Shown: positions 1 to 12,440, numbered from the stretch's first letter. The stretch: DNA of 64,000 nucleotides from Octopus sinensis (GCF_006345805.1 NC_042997.1:8866001-8930000); one strand, 5' to 3'. The notes: generated by a model from the sequence alone, not told the origin. A program made the numbers and translations.

Positions 1-152
1 GCTGCAGTCAAATGACTGAAAGAAATAAAAGAATTGTTGTTTTTGATTTTGTTGACTACACAGTATAGTAAGTCCCGTTCGACTAAAGGCAGTGCTCCAG
101 CATGGCTGCAGTCAAATGACTGAAAGAAATAAAAGAAAAAAAGAATAAAAGA
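1..152 (+). mobile_element. 3' tail fragments of SINE family A (two tails)
   Basis: gctgcagtcaaatgactgaaa..aaaaga occurs at 1-33 and 100-152; the same tail ends the full copies at 10191-10600 and 32578-32976. Confidence 0.8.
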
Positions 153-153
153 G

Positions 154-194
<41 letters not shown>

Positions 195-309
195 GAATGA
201 ATGTCAGTAAAGAAAGCTAGCTCATCAGATCACTAGAACATCATGGTTACAACAATGATTCAACTCTGAGTTGTGTGTGCTTGTGTGTGCATGTGTGTGT
301 TTGTTTGTT

Positions 310-339
<30 letters not shown>

Positions 340-348
<9 letters not shown>

Positions 349-570
349 GCATGTGTGTGTGTGTGTGTGTTTGAGCCCACCTGCCACTAGACAACAACTG
401 TTGGTGTGTTTAGGTCCCTGTAACTTAGCAGTTCAGCAAAAGAAGCTGATAGAATAATACCAGGCTTAAAAAAAAAATAAATACTGGAATCAATTCGTTC
501 AACTAAATTTCTTCAAGGCATTGCCCCAGCATGGCTGCAATCTGACGACTGAAACAAGTAAAAGGATAGA
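340..570 (+). mobile_element. SINE family A, diverged 3' half
   Basis: After (GT)n: gacaac..ggtgtgttta..cttagcagttcagcaaaaga..gatagaataa..ccagcatggctgca..gactgaaacaagtaaaag, collinear with the full copies. Confidence 0.75.
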
Positions 571-1055
571 AGATGAAAAGTACAGATGATGATAGCAATG
601 ATGATGATGATGAAGATGATGATGATGATAATGTCATCAGTGATGATGACAAGAATTACAATGATGACAAGCATGACAATGATGATGTCATATTGCATGT
701 GTATGTGTAAGGTGGGATGTGAGGAGGTGAGGTAATGTACAGAAGATACCAGTGTAAAGGGTTAAAAAGGTTAAACTCTTGGCAGCATGGTCTTAGATAT
801 CAGTTAGATCCTACAACAACCAAACTGGCCATTGATAAAATTTTTTTTGAAAAAGATTTTATCCTACATTAAATATAGATTTAAGTGTTCACTTCCGGGC
901 TCTTTCACTCTGTGAGAGTCTCAGTTCAAATCGCACGTGTCTTGAATGGGCTGGAGTATTTCTATTTTGGATGTATTTGGGGTACTTAATTGTGCTCATG
1001 ACTTAGTGTTTTGCTTCTTCCATGGGTATGAGTAAGTATCTCATTTATTTCTTTG

Positions 1056-1127
1056 CCACATTTATTACTGACGAAGGGAGGGTTCTTACGAACTAACCCT
1101 GAAATCGGTCCGATATGGTAATAATGG
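1056..1127 (+). ncRNA. Hammerhead ribozyme (type I), stem I partly decayed
   Basis: CTGACGA (1068) - aggg/ccct stem II with inner gttc/gaac - GAAA (1101) - atcg/cgat stem III - ATA cleavage triplet - tggtaataatgg; 5' stem I only partly complementary. Confidence 0.6.
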
Positions 1128-1297
1128 AATTTTTTAGAAATTTCTGTTGCCTTTTTTTTTGAGTAGCGTGCATATTGCAATAAATTATATGGTAATGGAC
1201 AATATGTCCAATATTCAGCATATTTGACATTAGAAATTTTTTCGTTTGCCCTTATTTATAAGTTGTTTATAATTTTAACCTTTAAAGGTATTTTTTA

Positions 1298-2655
1298 ATA
1301 TAATAATAATAATAATAATAATTGTGTACAGTGCTCAAGTGCACTACAACTCATCTAAAGTGCATATATAATCAGGTGTAGTTTCGGCGGATTTCGGAAA
1401 GCATGAGGGCCTTAAAGGATGCAGTGTCATGGCAGTCAACAACTGATGCAGGCAGTTTATTCCATGCTTCAGCAACTCTGAGCATGAAAAAATGTTTCCG
1501 AAAGTCATGGGAGCTGTGTTGTTTTCTGACTTTGTAGGCATGTCCACGTGTGTTAGACACATGGAGATCAAAAAGGTGTTCAGTGTTGTTGTTGGTGAGG
1601 TGGTTGATAACTTTGTGGGTGTTTACCAAGTCCGTCGCCAGACGCCGGAGCTTCAGTGAATCCATGCCCAGGGAAACAAGGCACTCAGAATATGGTAGGT
1701 GTCTGATGGAGGGTATGTGCTTGGTTGCACGTCTCTGGACAGATTCCAGGAGGTCAATGTTCTGAGCAAGATAGGGGTTCCAAACTGATGATGCGAATTC
1801 CAAGTGTGGTCGTACCATAGCTGTATACAGTTTTAAATAGATGGCTGGAGAGCGGCTAACAAAAGTCTTGCTGAGTGATGCCAAGACACCCTTGGCCTTC
1901 TTGACAATTTTAGAGATATGCTTTGTCCAACGCAAATCACTGCTGACATGATGCCTAGGTCACGCTCGCAAGAGGATTTCTTGATATCAGTGTTGTGGAG
2001 GGAGTATGTGGACGCAGGGTTTTTTCTCCCAAAATGCATGGTGGTACACTTGTCCACAGCCAGTTTCAGTTGCCAGTCTGTGATCCATTGCTGCATTGTG
2101 TCTAGGTCTGATTGCAGGAAAGAGTTGTAGACATCAGGATCGATCCTCTTGATTTCAAGGTACAGCTTGATGTCGTCTGCATATTTCAATACTGTAGCAT
2201 TCTTTAAATTGGCATCTATGTCATTAATGTATTCCACAAACAAGAGGGGACCAAGAACAGATCCCTGTGGTACACCCGATGACATCTCATATGGTGTAGA
2301 ATGCTGTCCTAGAACTGTGACTACCTCCTTTCGGCTGAGAATGAAGGATTTCAACCAGTTAAAAAGGTCATCCCTCACACCCATTGCAGAGAGTTTCACC
2401 ATAAGCCTTTTGTGTGGCACAGAGTTGAAACCCTTAGCAAAGTCAAGGTAGAGAACATCCACCCATGAGCCACTGTCAGTGATCTGAGTAATGTCCTCAA
2501 GGAACTCGACAAGCTGATCACTGCAGCTGGAGTTAGGAACAAATCCATATTGTGAGGGTCGGATGAGACTGTGAGAGCTCCAGAAGTTCCAGAGTGTTTC
2601 TCTGACACACGATTCCATCAGTTTTGCAATACAGCTAGTGAGACTGACTGGGCGT
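1298..2655 (-). mobile_element. 5'-truncated CR1/L2-type LINE, RT + C-terminus, frameshifted
   Basis: ORF 1833-2618 has LDFAKGFNSVPH, SGVPQGSVLGPLLF, KYADD; ORF 1372-1935 has LYTAMVRPHLEFASSVWNP, LESVQRRATK, FFMLRVAEAWNKLP; (ATT)n tail at about 1298-1322; starts at RPVSLTS near 2655. Confidence 0.95.
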
Positions 2656-3063
2656 ACTCTTTTCTCTTTACTCTTTTATTTGTTTCAGTCATTTGACTGC
2701 GACCATGCTGGAGCACCGCCTTTAATCGAGCAACTCGACCCCGGGACTTATTCTTTTGTAAGCCCAGTACTTATTCTATCGGTCTCTGCCAAACCGCTAA
2801 GTAACGGGGACATAAACACACCAGCATCGGTTGTCAAACAATGCTAGGGGGACAAACACAGACACACAAACACACACACATACATATATATACATACATA
2901 TATACGACGGGCTTCTTTCAGTTTCCGTCTACCAAATTCACTCACAAGGCTTTGGTCGGCCTGAGGCTATAGCAGAAGACACTTGCCCAAGGTGCCACGC
3001 AGTGGGACTGAACCCGGAACCATGTGGTTGGTAAAGAAACTACTTACCACACAGCCACTCCTG
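2656..3063 (-). mobile_element. SINE family A (tRNA head + CORE-like domain), full length
   Basis: Reverse complement has A-box-like gtggctgtgtggt, B-box-like ggttccgggttcagtccc, CORE-like accttgggcaagtgtctt, an internal (TA/CA)n and an aaagag tail. Confidence 0.9.
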
Positions 3064-3186
3064 CCACTATGCTACTCCTGCCAATATGCCACTGCTGCCA
3101 CTATGCCACTGCTGCCACTATGCCACTTCTGCCACTATGCCACTCCTGCCACTATGCCACTCCTGCCACTATGCCACTCCTGCCAT
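3054..3186. repeat. 17-bp minisatellite (gccactcctgccactat) x about 7.8
   Basis: Units begin at 3054, 3071, 3088, 3105, 3122, 3139, 3156 and 3173. Confidence 0.95.
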
Positions 3187-3253
3187 TGATAAAATTTTTT
3201 TCGAAAAAAATTTTTATATATATATATACATATGTATGTATATATATGTATAT

Positions 3254-3294
<41 letters not shown>

Positions 3295-3298
<4 letters not shown>

Positions 3299-3629
3299 CA
3301 TGACTCTGTGTTGAGAGTGTCCGGCTCACAATCTTGAGGTTGTGAGTTTGATTCCTGGACTGGGCTATGTGTTATGTTCATGAATAAGACACTTTATTTC
3401 AGGTTGTTGCAGTTCCCACAGATGTAGAAATGACTTGCAGCATCACTGGTGCCAAGCTGTACTGGCCTTTGTCTTTTCCTTGGATAACATCCATGGTGTG
3501 GTGAGGGGAAGCTGGTATGCATGGGGTGACTGCTAGTCTTCCATAAACAACCATGCCTGGATTTGTGTCTCTGAGCGTAACTTTTTAGGTGTAATTCTAA
3601 AGTTGATCATGATCGAAGTGGGTCTTTAC

Positions 3630-3630
<1 letters not shown>
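3295..3630 (+). mobile_element. Diverged tRNA-derived SINE of a different family
   Basis: Head-like ggctcacaatcttgaggttgtgagtttgattcctgg, then gtgttatgttcatgaataagacactt (CORE-like); no ORF. Confidence 0.5.
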
Positions 3631-3721
<91 letters not shown>

Positions 3722-3722
3722 G

Positions 3723-3761
<39 letters not shown>

Positions 3762-4009
3762 TTGTCATCTTCATTTAACATCCATCTCCATACCACCATG
3801 ACTTTGAATGACTTGGCAAGATATGATGTATCCAAGGAGTACGTCATGCTCCAATGTCCGCTTTGACATGGTGTTTATGGTTCAATGCTTTTCCTAAAGA
3901 CTATATAGCACTGCCACTCTGACTTCTTTCCCTTCATGCATACACACACATATGTGTGTGTTTGTGTATGTGTGTCTATCTGTCTATCTATTTTTCTGTC
4001 CGGCACTAG

Positions 4010-4198
4010 TCGCTATGATAGATCGTTACCCACAACACACATTTTTTTCTCTCCTTGTTTTTTCTGTGTCCCTTTCTATAGAAGAGTGTAGGCTCGAAAC
4101 GCAAAAGACTTTTTCTATTCCTGAGTGTTATTCTAATACATCTGTTTGTTTTGTACACCACCTGTATTCGTCTTTTGTTTTTTTCGTAAACTCTCCCT

Positions 4199-4200
<2 letters not shown>
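4010..4200 (+). mobile_element. Short interspersed element family H, copy 1 (HHR-like core)
   Basis: Shares ctatgatagatcgt..ctttct.t.gaagag.gtaggctcgaaac..aaaagact..taatacatct with copies at 12560, 30461 and 55440. Confidence 0.7.
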
Positions 4201-4244
<44 letters not shown>

Positions 4245-4246
<2 letters not shown>

Positions 4247-4450
4247 CGAGCATGGTTGATGCCAGTCCCACCAGACTGGCCCCTTTGTCAGTGACACATA
4301 TAAAGCACCTACTACACTCTTGGCGTGGTTGGTATTAGAAAGGGCATCTAGCTGTAAAAATCTTGCCAGATCATCAGATTGGAGTCCTCAGTCAAATCAT
4401 CCAATCCATGCCAGCATGAAAAGCAGATGTTATACGATGATGATGATGAG
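4245..4450 (+). mobile_element. RTE-type 3' tail / RTE-related SINE
   Basis: aaagcacctactacactc..gtggttggtattagaaagggcatctagctgtaaaa..catgccagcatgaaaagcagatgtta, then (GAT)n; same as the 3' end of the RTE LINE at 47180-47358. Confidence 0.8.
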
Positions 4451-4467
4451 GATGATGTGTATGTATA

Positions 4468-4505
<38 letters not shown>

Positions 4506-5286
4506 AGAGGTTTTGATATCCAGAAGACTCAAAAGGCAGGTAAGGATGCAAGACTACTTTTCTCTTTATAAATGTCCTAGAAATTTCACACTGCCTTGGC
4601 TTTGTTGTCTCATTTTATTTAATATATACATATATATATATTCATGCACACACATACATAATACATATATATACATACACATATATGACATATGTATATA
4701 TATATATATATATATAATGATAATACACAATTTTATATATTTGTGTGTGTTTACATGTACATACATAAATAATGTCTAAACACACACATAGATATAGCCA
4801 TATTTGTACACACTTACAATAACATATTTTCCTAATGTACTTAATCTTATAAGTTCCTTCATGTCTAAATACCTCATAGATCATGTAAATATATACACTG
4901 TGTCTGTCAGATCAACTACACATTGCTTAAACCTCCATGGAACTTCTATATGTTTTAAAATTATCTATCATGATATATACTTGACCTACTCAGGAAACCG
5001 TAGTTATTTATCACACCAGTTGTTTGTAAGTTCAATATCTTATCTGCTAAGCCAGCTTGTCTCCATATATACATTTACACATATACGCAAATATATACAT
5101 GCATTCCTACATACAGTCACATGTACACGCAATCATATTTATATATAATAGCCAGCATTTACATATATATTTACTCATAGTTATTTGTGTTTATCTCTAT
5201 ACATATGTTAAGAATTACATGTATGTGTGTGTGTATGTGTGAGAGAGAGAGGTCATGTGCATGTGTTTGTATGTGCATAAAAATAT

Positions 5287-5333
<47 letters not shown>

Positions 5334-5817
5334 TTCTTTTTCCCCACCCTCCATTTTCTTTTGACATCATATCCATATGTATTATTTCTTTTGTATTCTG
5401 TTATTGCCATTTATTTTTTGTTTTTGTATTTTACTAGGCAACAGTGATTATATATTTAGCTCTACTTCTACTCAGTGTGTCTCCAGATGTGTATTTCACA
5501 GACCATACATACAAACACACACATGCATACACATATAGACACACATATATAAACACTCAAACGTGTACATACACACACATACATAAATGTTATAGCATTA
5601 ATTTGAAATAAATAATAAAAGATGAAAATTATATTTGAACAGCAGTATTGTTAACTTCAGTTCTACCTCTGAGCTATACAGATCACTTAACAACCACATG
5701 ATTTCAGATTCAGTTTCACCGTAAGGTACTTTCATCAAGTGTCTGATTCTAAAGCCGTTTGTTGGAGTAGGGTTTGTGAGTTTGGTAGTCAGAAACTATA
5801 GGAAGCCCATCATATAT

Positions 5818-6230
5818 ACTCTTTTACTCTTTTACTTGTTTCAGTCATTTTGACTGCGGCCATGCTGGAGCACCACCTTTAGTCAAGCAAATCGACCCCG
5901 GGACTTATTCTTTGTAAGCCCAGTGCTTATTCTATCGGTCTCCTTTGCCGAACCGCTAAGTGACGGGGACGTAAACACACCAGCATCGGTTGTCAAGCAA
6001 TGCTAGGGGGACAAACACAAACACAGACACACAAACACACACACACACACATATACATATATATATATACATATATACGACAGGCTTCTTTCAGTTTCCG
6101 TCTACCAAATCCACTCACAAGGCATTGGTCAGCCCGGGGCTATAGCAGAAGACACTTGCCCAAGATGCCACGCAGTGGGACTGAACCCGGAACCATGTGG
6201 TTGGTTAGCAAGCTACTTACCACACAGCCA
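5818..6230 (-). mobile_element. SINE family A, near full length
   Basis: Collinear, high identity to 2656-3063 and 10191-10600. Confidence 0.9.
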
Positions 6231-6237
6231 ATATATA

Positions 6238-6950
6238 TATGAAAGTAAGTCAAAAATTATCCACACTTTCACCACAACATATCTTTATTATTGTCACACT
6301 GCCTTGTGCACATGTGTGCTTATAGTTGGTATTATTGTGATCGTGTGATCGAAGTTTGAGCTTGATCCTGCTGTTCTTCCCTTTAGCTTTAAAGTATAAG
6401 CATGGCCATTCCACTAGTAATGCACACCAAAGAAGAACAAAGAGCAGAATAGTCACAGGAGATGACACATGGGTCCATCATTACGAGGCAGAATCCAAAA
6501 GACAGAGTATGGAAGGGAAGCATCCTGACTCACCAGCAAATAAGAAATTCAAGACTCAATCTTCCAAGGGAAAGGTGATGCTAACCCATTTTTGGGGACT
6601 CAAAAGGGCCTATACTGGAAGACTACCTGGAAAACGGGTGTACGATCAACAATGCAAGATACAGTGCTTTGCTGGCCAAAAAGCTGAAGCCAGCAATTCG
6701 TACCAAATGACAAAATCTATTGTTAAAGAAAGTTTTGTTGTTGCATGAAAATGCATGCCCACACACAGCCACCCAGATCGTTGAAACCATTAAGCAATTG
6801 GGTTTTGAGGTGCTGGAGCACCCTGCCTACAGCCCAGATATTTCCCTTTCCAACTATCACATATTTCTACCGCTCAAAAAGATGGTTTATGAGGTCAATG
6901 AAGATATGAAGGAAGTGGTGCATAAACGATTTTTACAATGCCCTTCCTAA
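6238..6950 (+). mobile_element. Defective mariner (DD34D) transposon with internal deletion
   Basis: TIR-like gtcaaaaattatccacact; N-terminus MAIPLVMHTKEEQRA jumps to IVTGDDTWVHHYE..GKVML..FW; then LLHENACPH..HPAYSPDISLSNYHIF. Confidence 0.9.
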
Positions 6951-9900
6951 TGGCAACCACTTTACAGAGTAGACTGGTTGCTTTTTTGTGTGACTCTGAG
7001 TAACTTGCATGAGAAAGACCCCCTCAAGATGGGGGAGTGTAGTATCAAAGGTGGTGGCTTTGTGCCAGTTGGTGAGAAGTTAAAAGAAGAATAGCGGGAT
7101 AGTGATAACAGTCTTGCAGTAGAAGAGATACAAGGATATCCTAGTTGGGGAAGGGAGAAGACTTAGAGAGAAAGACAGAGATGAAGAGAGTAGGAGAGAT
7201 TGTGGCAGTGGATATGAGTCAGATCATAGTAGGTGGGTAGGAGACTATAAGTCAAATAATACAGAGGATTTGACTGAGTAGAAGGACAGAAGAGGAAATT
7301 TCATGATAATGTGAGGGGAGGTGGTTAAACGGAATAAAGGTTCAATGGAATAAATATAGTAATTGATGATAAGAGATATAAGAATGGCTCGGTGGGAGTG
7401 GGGTTATGTTAGATATTTGAGAGCATCGAATAGTTAGGGGATGAAAGAGGTGTAAGGATGGAATACGGCAGAAAATGAAAGAGCATGGATGAAGAAAAAT
7501 AATGAGGAATGAAAGTTGTTCTCAGAGGGGGAGGAAAGGGGTAAGTGATGAATGGTGGGGTACATAGTATGTACCCAGTTGATATATTTTCATTCTGGGG
7601 AAGATAGCATTGTGTTGATGGTTCCCTATATTTTCAGTAGATCAATCAATCGATAAAACTGAACCATGAACACACCCAAATGCTTATCTGAAACAGCTGT
7701 AAGCCTATATAAATAAATAAATTATATATATCACCCATTATTTCTGTCTACTTCATATATATATATATATATTAATAATAATATGACAACAAAAGAATGA
7801 ATTAGACCTTGATATTATGTAAATAGAGGAATTTATCTATAATATATGTGAAATAATGTCAAATATTATATTATATATATATATAAAGAGAGAGAGAGAG
7901 AGAGAGAGAGAGTGGTGGAGCAAACAGACAGATAGATAAAAAAGATAGATGTAGTTATATATATGAGTAAACAAATGAAAGAAAGAGGAACCCAACACAT
8001 AGACATGGCCTGGGCCTATACTGGCCAAAACCTGTCTAAGTTATATACTTTAAAATCAGCTTGATTCATCTTAAAATTTAAAGTTTTGAGGGTATGAAGG
8101 ACAAACTCATCATATCAGATATATAATGAGATGGGGTTGTCCTAGACACCCATGAAGCTTTATGCCGTATGAAACTGAGTCAAACTTTTGTTAGAGCACC
8201 CCCCCCACACACACACACACATACACACATCACACACACATATAATCATTTTGTCAGCCTTGCTTTAATATTCACTTTTCCATGTTTTCATGGGTCAGAT
8301 GAAATTCATTGCAGCAGATTCTTTTACAGCTGAATGCCTTTCCTGACATCAACCCCTAATTTATTTCTTGACCACCAAAAAAGGTTGAACATGTTTTCAG
8401 AGATTACAACCAAGTGACACTACAAGTATAACATTAATATTTATTAGCAACTGTTGCACAATGCTAAGGAAAGAAATCACAAACACATACATACACCCAA
8501 GCACACACATGTGTAGTGGCTCTGTGTTTGATATTGGCTTACATGTAAATATACATTTCTCCATTTCAAAGATGGCTCAGTCGAATTTGTGTTGTTGCAC
8601 CTTTTGTGTCAAACTCTGTGACTGGTTAGAATGGAACGCTTCCTTTCGTTTCCAGTTTGGCATTTGTATAAAGCATGACAGTTGCCATTTCTCATGAGTT
8701 TTCTTTCCTTCAGTTTAGAACTCTCTCGGCACATAGTTATTTCATTCACACCAACACTGCTCAGCAAGTTCTCTTTATGAGCCAGTGGACTGAACAAACA
8801 ATGTGGCCTTCTTAGAGGCATTCTCATGCACACTATTAGTGCTGCCGTCGCCTCCATGTTGTTTCATTTTGGATCAACCAACTAACCAGCCAACCAGCCA
8901 TCCATACCAAAAAAAGATTTAATTTAGCCAAGTGTCGCATGCAAAATTACAGGCACACGTATAGATTACTAAATGTGATGACTGTTTGGCTAAACATGCA
9001 TATGCACACACATTTATATGGCATGGCTATATTGTTGAAAAGTTTGCTTCCAAACTCCAAGGTTTTCAGTTCAGTCCCATGATGTGACATCTTAGGAAAG
9101 TGTTTTCTGCTATAGCTTCCAGCCAACCACTGCCTTGTGACTGGATTAGGAAGACGGAAACAAGACTACTGGTCAACACCAGCCTCAGATTTGGACTGAT
9201 AACTGAACTTATAGTTTGCTGATGACTAAGCTGTGGTAGTTTACACTGATACTATGCAGCTTATACAATACTGTTGCACCTTATAAAAGGCTCCACCTGA
9301 TACTTAATCTCCATAAGATTGAGGTCATCCACTGCTTTTTCTTCTCCTAATAGCATCAACAGTCAGCAGAACCCTTCCATTTCAGATACCTACATAATGC
9401 CATTTTTAATGACTGCACACTGGACAAAAAAATCCTAAACAAACCTAACATAGGATTCTTTGTGATTTTGAAGATTTGGCTGCTCTTTCTAGCAGAAGGA
9501 ATCATGCTGTTGAGGTCTTTTTCTTGGCTTATGATATAAAAATTTTGCTATTGTTGAGTAATCTCAGGTAAACCCTGAATGAAAAGATCTATGACCTCAA
9601 GCATTCCAGTCTTGATATGTTTAGCAGTATCTTGGACAATATTATCTGACAAGTTATTTCTTCTTATCTAAGATGGTTTGGTGAAATTTAAGGGAGATTT
9701 AGTGACTATTTCTAGCATGCTGAATGACCACTTTAGAGGCTCTCTTCTTGGCTCATAATATATAAATATTGTATGCAAAGTGTAGTTATGGTTTCTTTGA
9801 AGTTGGAAAACAATTAATGTTGTAAATAAGATCGAAGATGAATATGCTATCTGTCTAGTTAAAAGGGTTGTTTGACTAAAGTTTATTAGAATGAAAATTT

Positions 9901-10190
9901 CAACTATTTCCCTCAGGGAGACATATCTTTTGATCATATATCTTCTTATTTCTCTATATTATCAGTCTTTTTAGAATGCAGAATTAAACCAAATGAAGGA
10001 GTGTCATTATAAACATCTGGCAAATTGTCAAGCAAAAGAAAAACACAACCCCCAACTGAGAAAAATATTTAAGTTGGTGTTAGATTATTTCATGTAGTCA
10101 ACATTGAATATATTATCATAAATTCATATGCAGTGAGGAAAAGACAACTTTAATGCGAAACTGATGTTATTCTAATCATTTCATAAATAA

Positions 10191-10600
10191 GGCGCAGGAG
10201 TGGCTGTGTGGTAAGTAGCTTGCTAACCAACCACATGGTTCCAGGTTCAGTCCCACTGTGTGGCATCTTGAGCAAGTGTCTTCTGCTATAGCCCCGGGCT
10301 GACCAATGCCTTGTGAATGGATTTGGTAGACAGAAACTGAAAGAAGCCTGTCGTATATATGTCTATATATATATGTGTGTGTGTATGTTTGTGTGTCTGT
10401 GTTTGTCCCCCTAGCATTGCTTGACAACCGATGCTGGTGAGTTTACGTCCCGGTCACCTAGCGGTTCAGCAAAAGAGACCGATAGAATAAGTACTGGGCT
10501 TACAAAGAATAAGTCCCGGGGTCGATTTGCTCGACTAAAGGTGGTACTGCAGCATGGCCGCAGTCAAATGACTGAAACCAGTTAAAGAGTAAAAGAGAGT
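10191..10600 (+). mobile_element. SINE family A, full length
   Basis: ggcgcaggagtggctgtgtggtaag..ggttccaggttcagtccc..gcatcttgagcaagtgtctt..cagtcaaatgactgaaac..aaaagag. Confidence 0.9.
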
Positions 10601-10888
10601 AAGGGAACAAACAAGAGATCAAGCCAATGATCCAACAAAGGAGATCAAGCCTCTATGAAATAACTCACTCTGGAAGATATAGAGACTAAATCTACCTCAA
10701 CTCACACCCTACTATCATAGAGAAAGTCATACTGCATAATCTGATTACTTCCATACATGACCAATTAGTCAACCTGATTACCTTCATATATGACCCATAA
10801 GATATGTTAGTCAAGACAGGAATATATAATTTATCATAGAGTAGTTGAATATAATGCAATGGGTATCAAATAGATCTTGGCTAATTAC

Positions 10889-11128
10889 AGTGAGCTGGCG
10901 GTGAGCAGGCAGAAACGTTAGCATGCTGGGCGATATGCTTAGCGGTATTTCGTCTGCCGTTACTTTCTGAGTTCAAATTCTGCCGAGGTCAACTTTGCCT
11001 TTCATCCTTTTGGGGGCGATTAAATAAATACCAGTTACGCACTGGGGTCGATATAATCGACTTAATCCATTTGTCTGTCCTTGTTTGTCCTCTCTGTGTG
11101 TAGCCCCTTGTGGGCAGTAAAGAAATGC
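10889..11128 (+). mobile_element. SINE family B with 16-bp TSD
   Basis: tRNA-like head (ctgagttcaaattc), central gccgaggtcaactttgcctttcatccttt..ccagtt domain, tail gtaaagaaat; flanked by gatcttggc[t/c]aattac at 10873-10888 and 11129-11144. Confidence 0.85.
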
Positions 11129-12079
11129 GATCTTGGCCAATTACTTTAAGATCACCTCTGCATATCTGAGGTTAAAAATTACTTAAAAAAGAAAAAAAGG
11201 AAGTTATTCAATTTCCTTCAACTGTGCAGTATAGTGATCTACAAAAAATTAAACAGTTGTTTACTGATCTCAGACATTTTGCAAATTCATATATGCATCG
11301 ACAGTATAATTGCTACATATTGAGCAGTATATCATTTAGTAAACAAATAAGAATGGATAACTCAAAATACCATTGCTCGTGTTTCAATAGCATGCTTAGT
11401 CATTAACAATGCAAAACACATTACATAACATCATGTAATTCTGTGTTATTGTGTAACTGCACCATTTTCATCAAATGATATTCAGCTAGCCATTTGCAAA
11501 GTACGATCAGTCTAAGAGAATAAAAATATTTATAAACAGATTGAATGAAAAGCAAGAGTTTTAAGAAATAATAATTTTCAAAATGGGAAAAATAAAAATG
11601 TATTAAAGTTTTTGACCAGTCAGTCATCACTTTTATAAAGTAACTAAATTAATGGAGGCATGTGCTTGAAAAAAGAATGTCCAAAAAGCCATATCACTTT
11701 TCAGACATTGAATTGTATTTTTGAAGGACAATTGTGTCCTGTAATAAATAATATGATATGACTGTTATCATAGAAAACCTGCAGACTAGCTGAATGACCA
11801 TCAGTTAAAGTGGATGCATCAATACACTGATGAAAACAACAAAGTTTAAAATGGTTAATAAAAAATACAGCTAATTGGTCTTAATGACATACAATACATA
11901 TGCACGCATATATACACAAAAAAATACACTAACTTAATAGCAAAATTAATTAGAAGTTTATACATACAGACAACAAATATATAAATAAATGAATAAATAC
12001 AAACACACACACATATATATATATACAGACACATATATCAGCCCTCAGCCCCCTCCCCTTTATTCATTATAGTCCTCCA

Positions 12080-12440
12080 AACAATAACAGAGGAATTCAA
12101 GACAGGTTGACCCTGGGAGCTCTTCTATGCTGATGATATGGCTCTCATAACAGAATCATTACCAGAACTAGAGAAGAAATTTCAGGTGTGGAAGCAAGGT
12201 TTAGAATCGAAGGGCATTGAAAGTGTGTCCTTTACAACACACTTGCAATATTATTTATACAACCGACATTTAAGACATTCTCTATACTGCTGGTGTGTAA
12301 ACAGAAACTCTGTAAGGTAACTGCCATTAGGAAGGGCAGCCAGTAAGTGAAATCAGACCGAAATAGACATTGGAGTATGATCTCATTCTCCATATAAGGA
12401 GTATAGAAGCTTCCTATTAAATGATGATGATGTTGAAAAA
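12080..12440 (+). mobile_element. RTE LINE fragment including YADD
   Basis: FKTG*PWELFYADDMALITESLPELEKKFQVWKQGLESKG, collinear with 46010-46110; degraded RTE tail with (GAT)n near 12420. Confidence 0.85.

Noticed and set aside
7660-7710. gaaacagctgta as the 3' half of a hammerhead
   Set aside because: Palindromic stem III and GUA are present, but no CUGAnGA core or stem II upstream.
10191-10260. tRNA-like A/B boxes here and in other SINE heads
   Set aside because: They continue into SINE bodies and no full cloverleaf with a proper 3' end was seen; not called as tRNA genes.
11820-11870. CTGATGA-aaac..gttt-aaaa as a hammerhead
   Set aside because: No GAAA, stem III or stem I; compatible with chance in AT-rich DNA.
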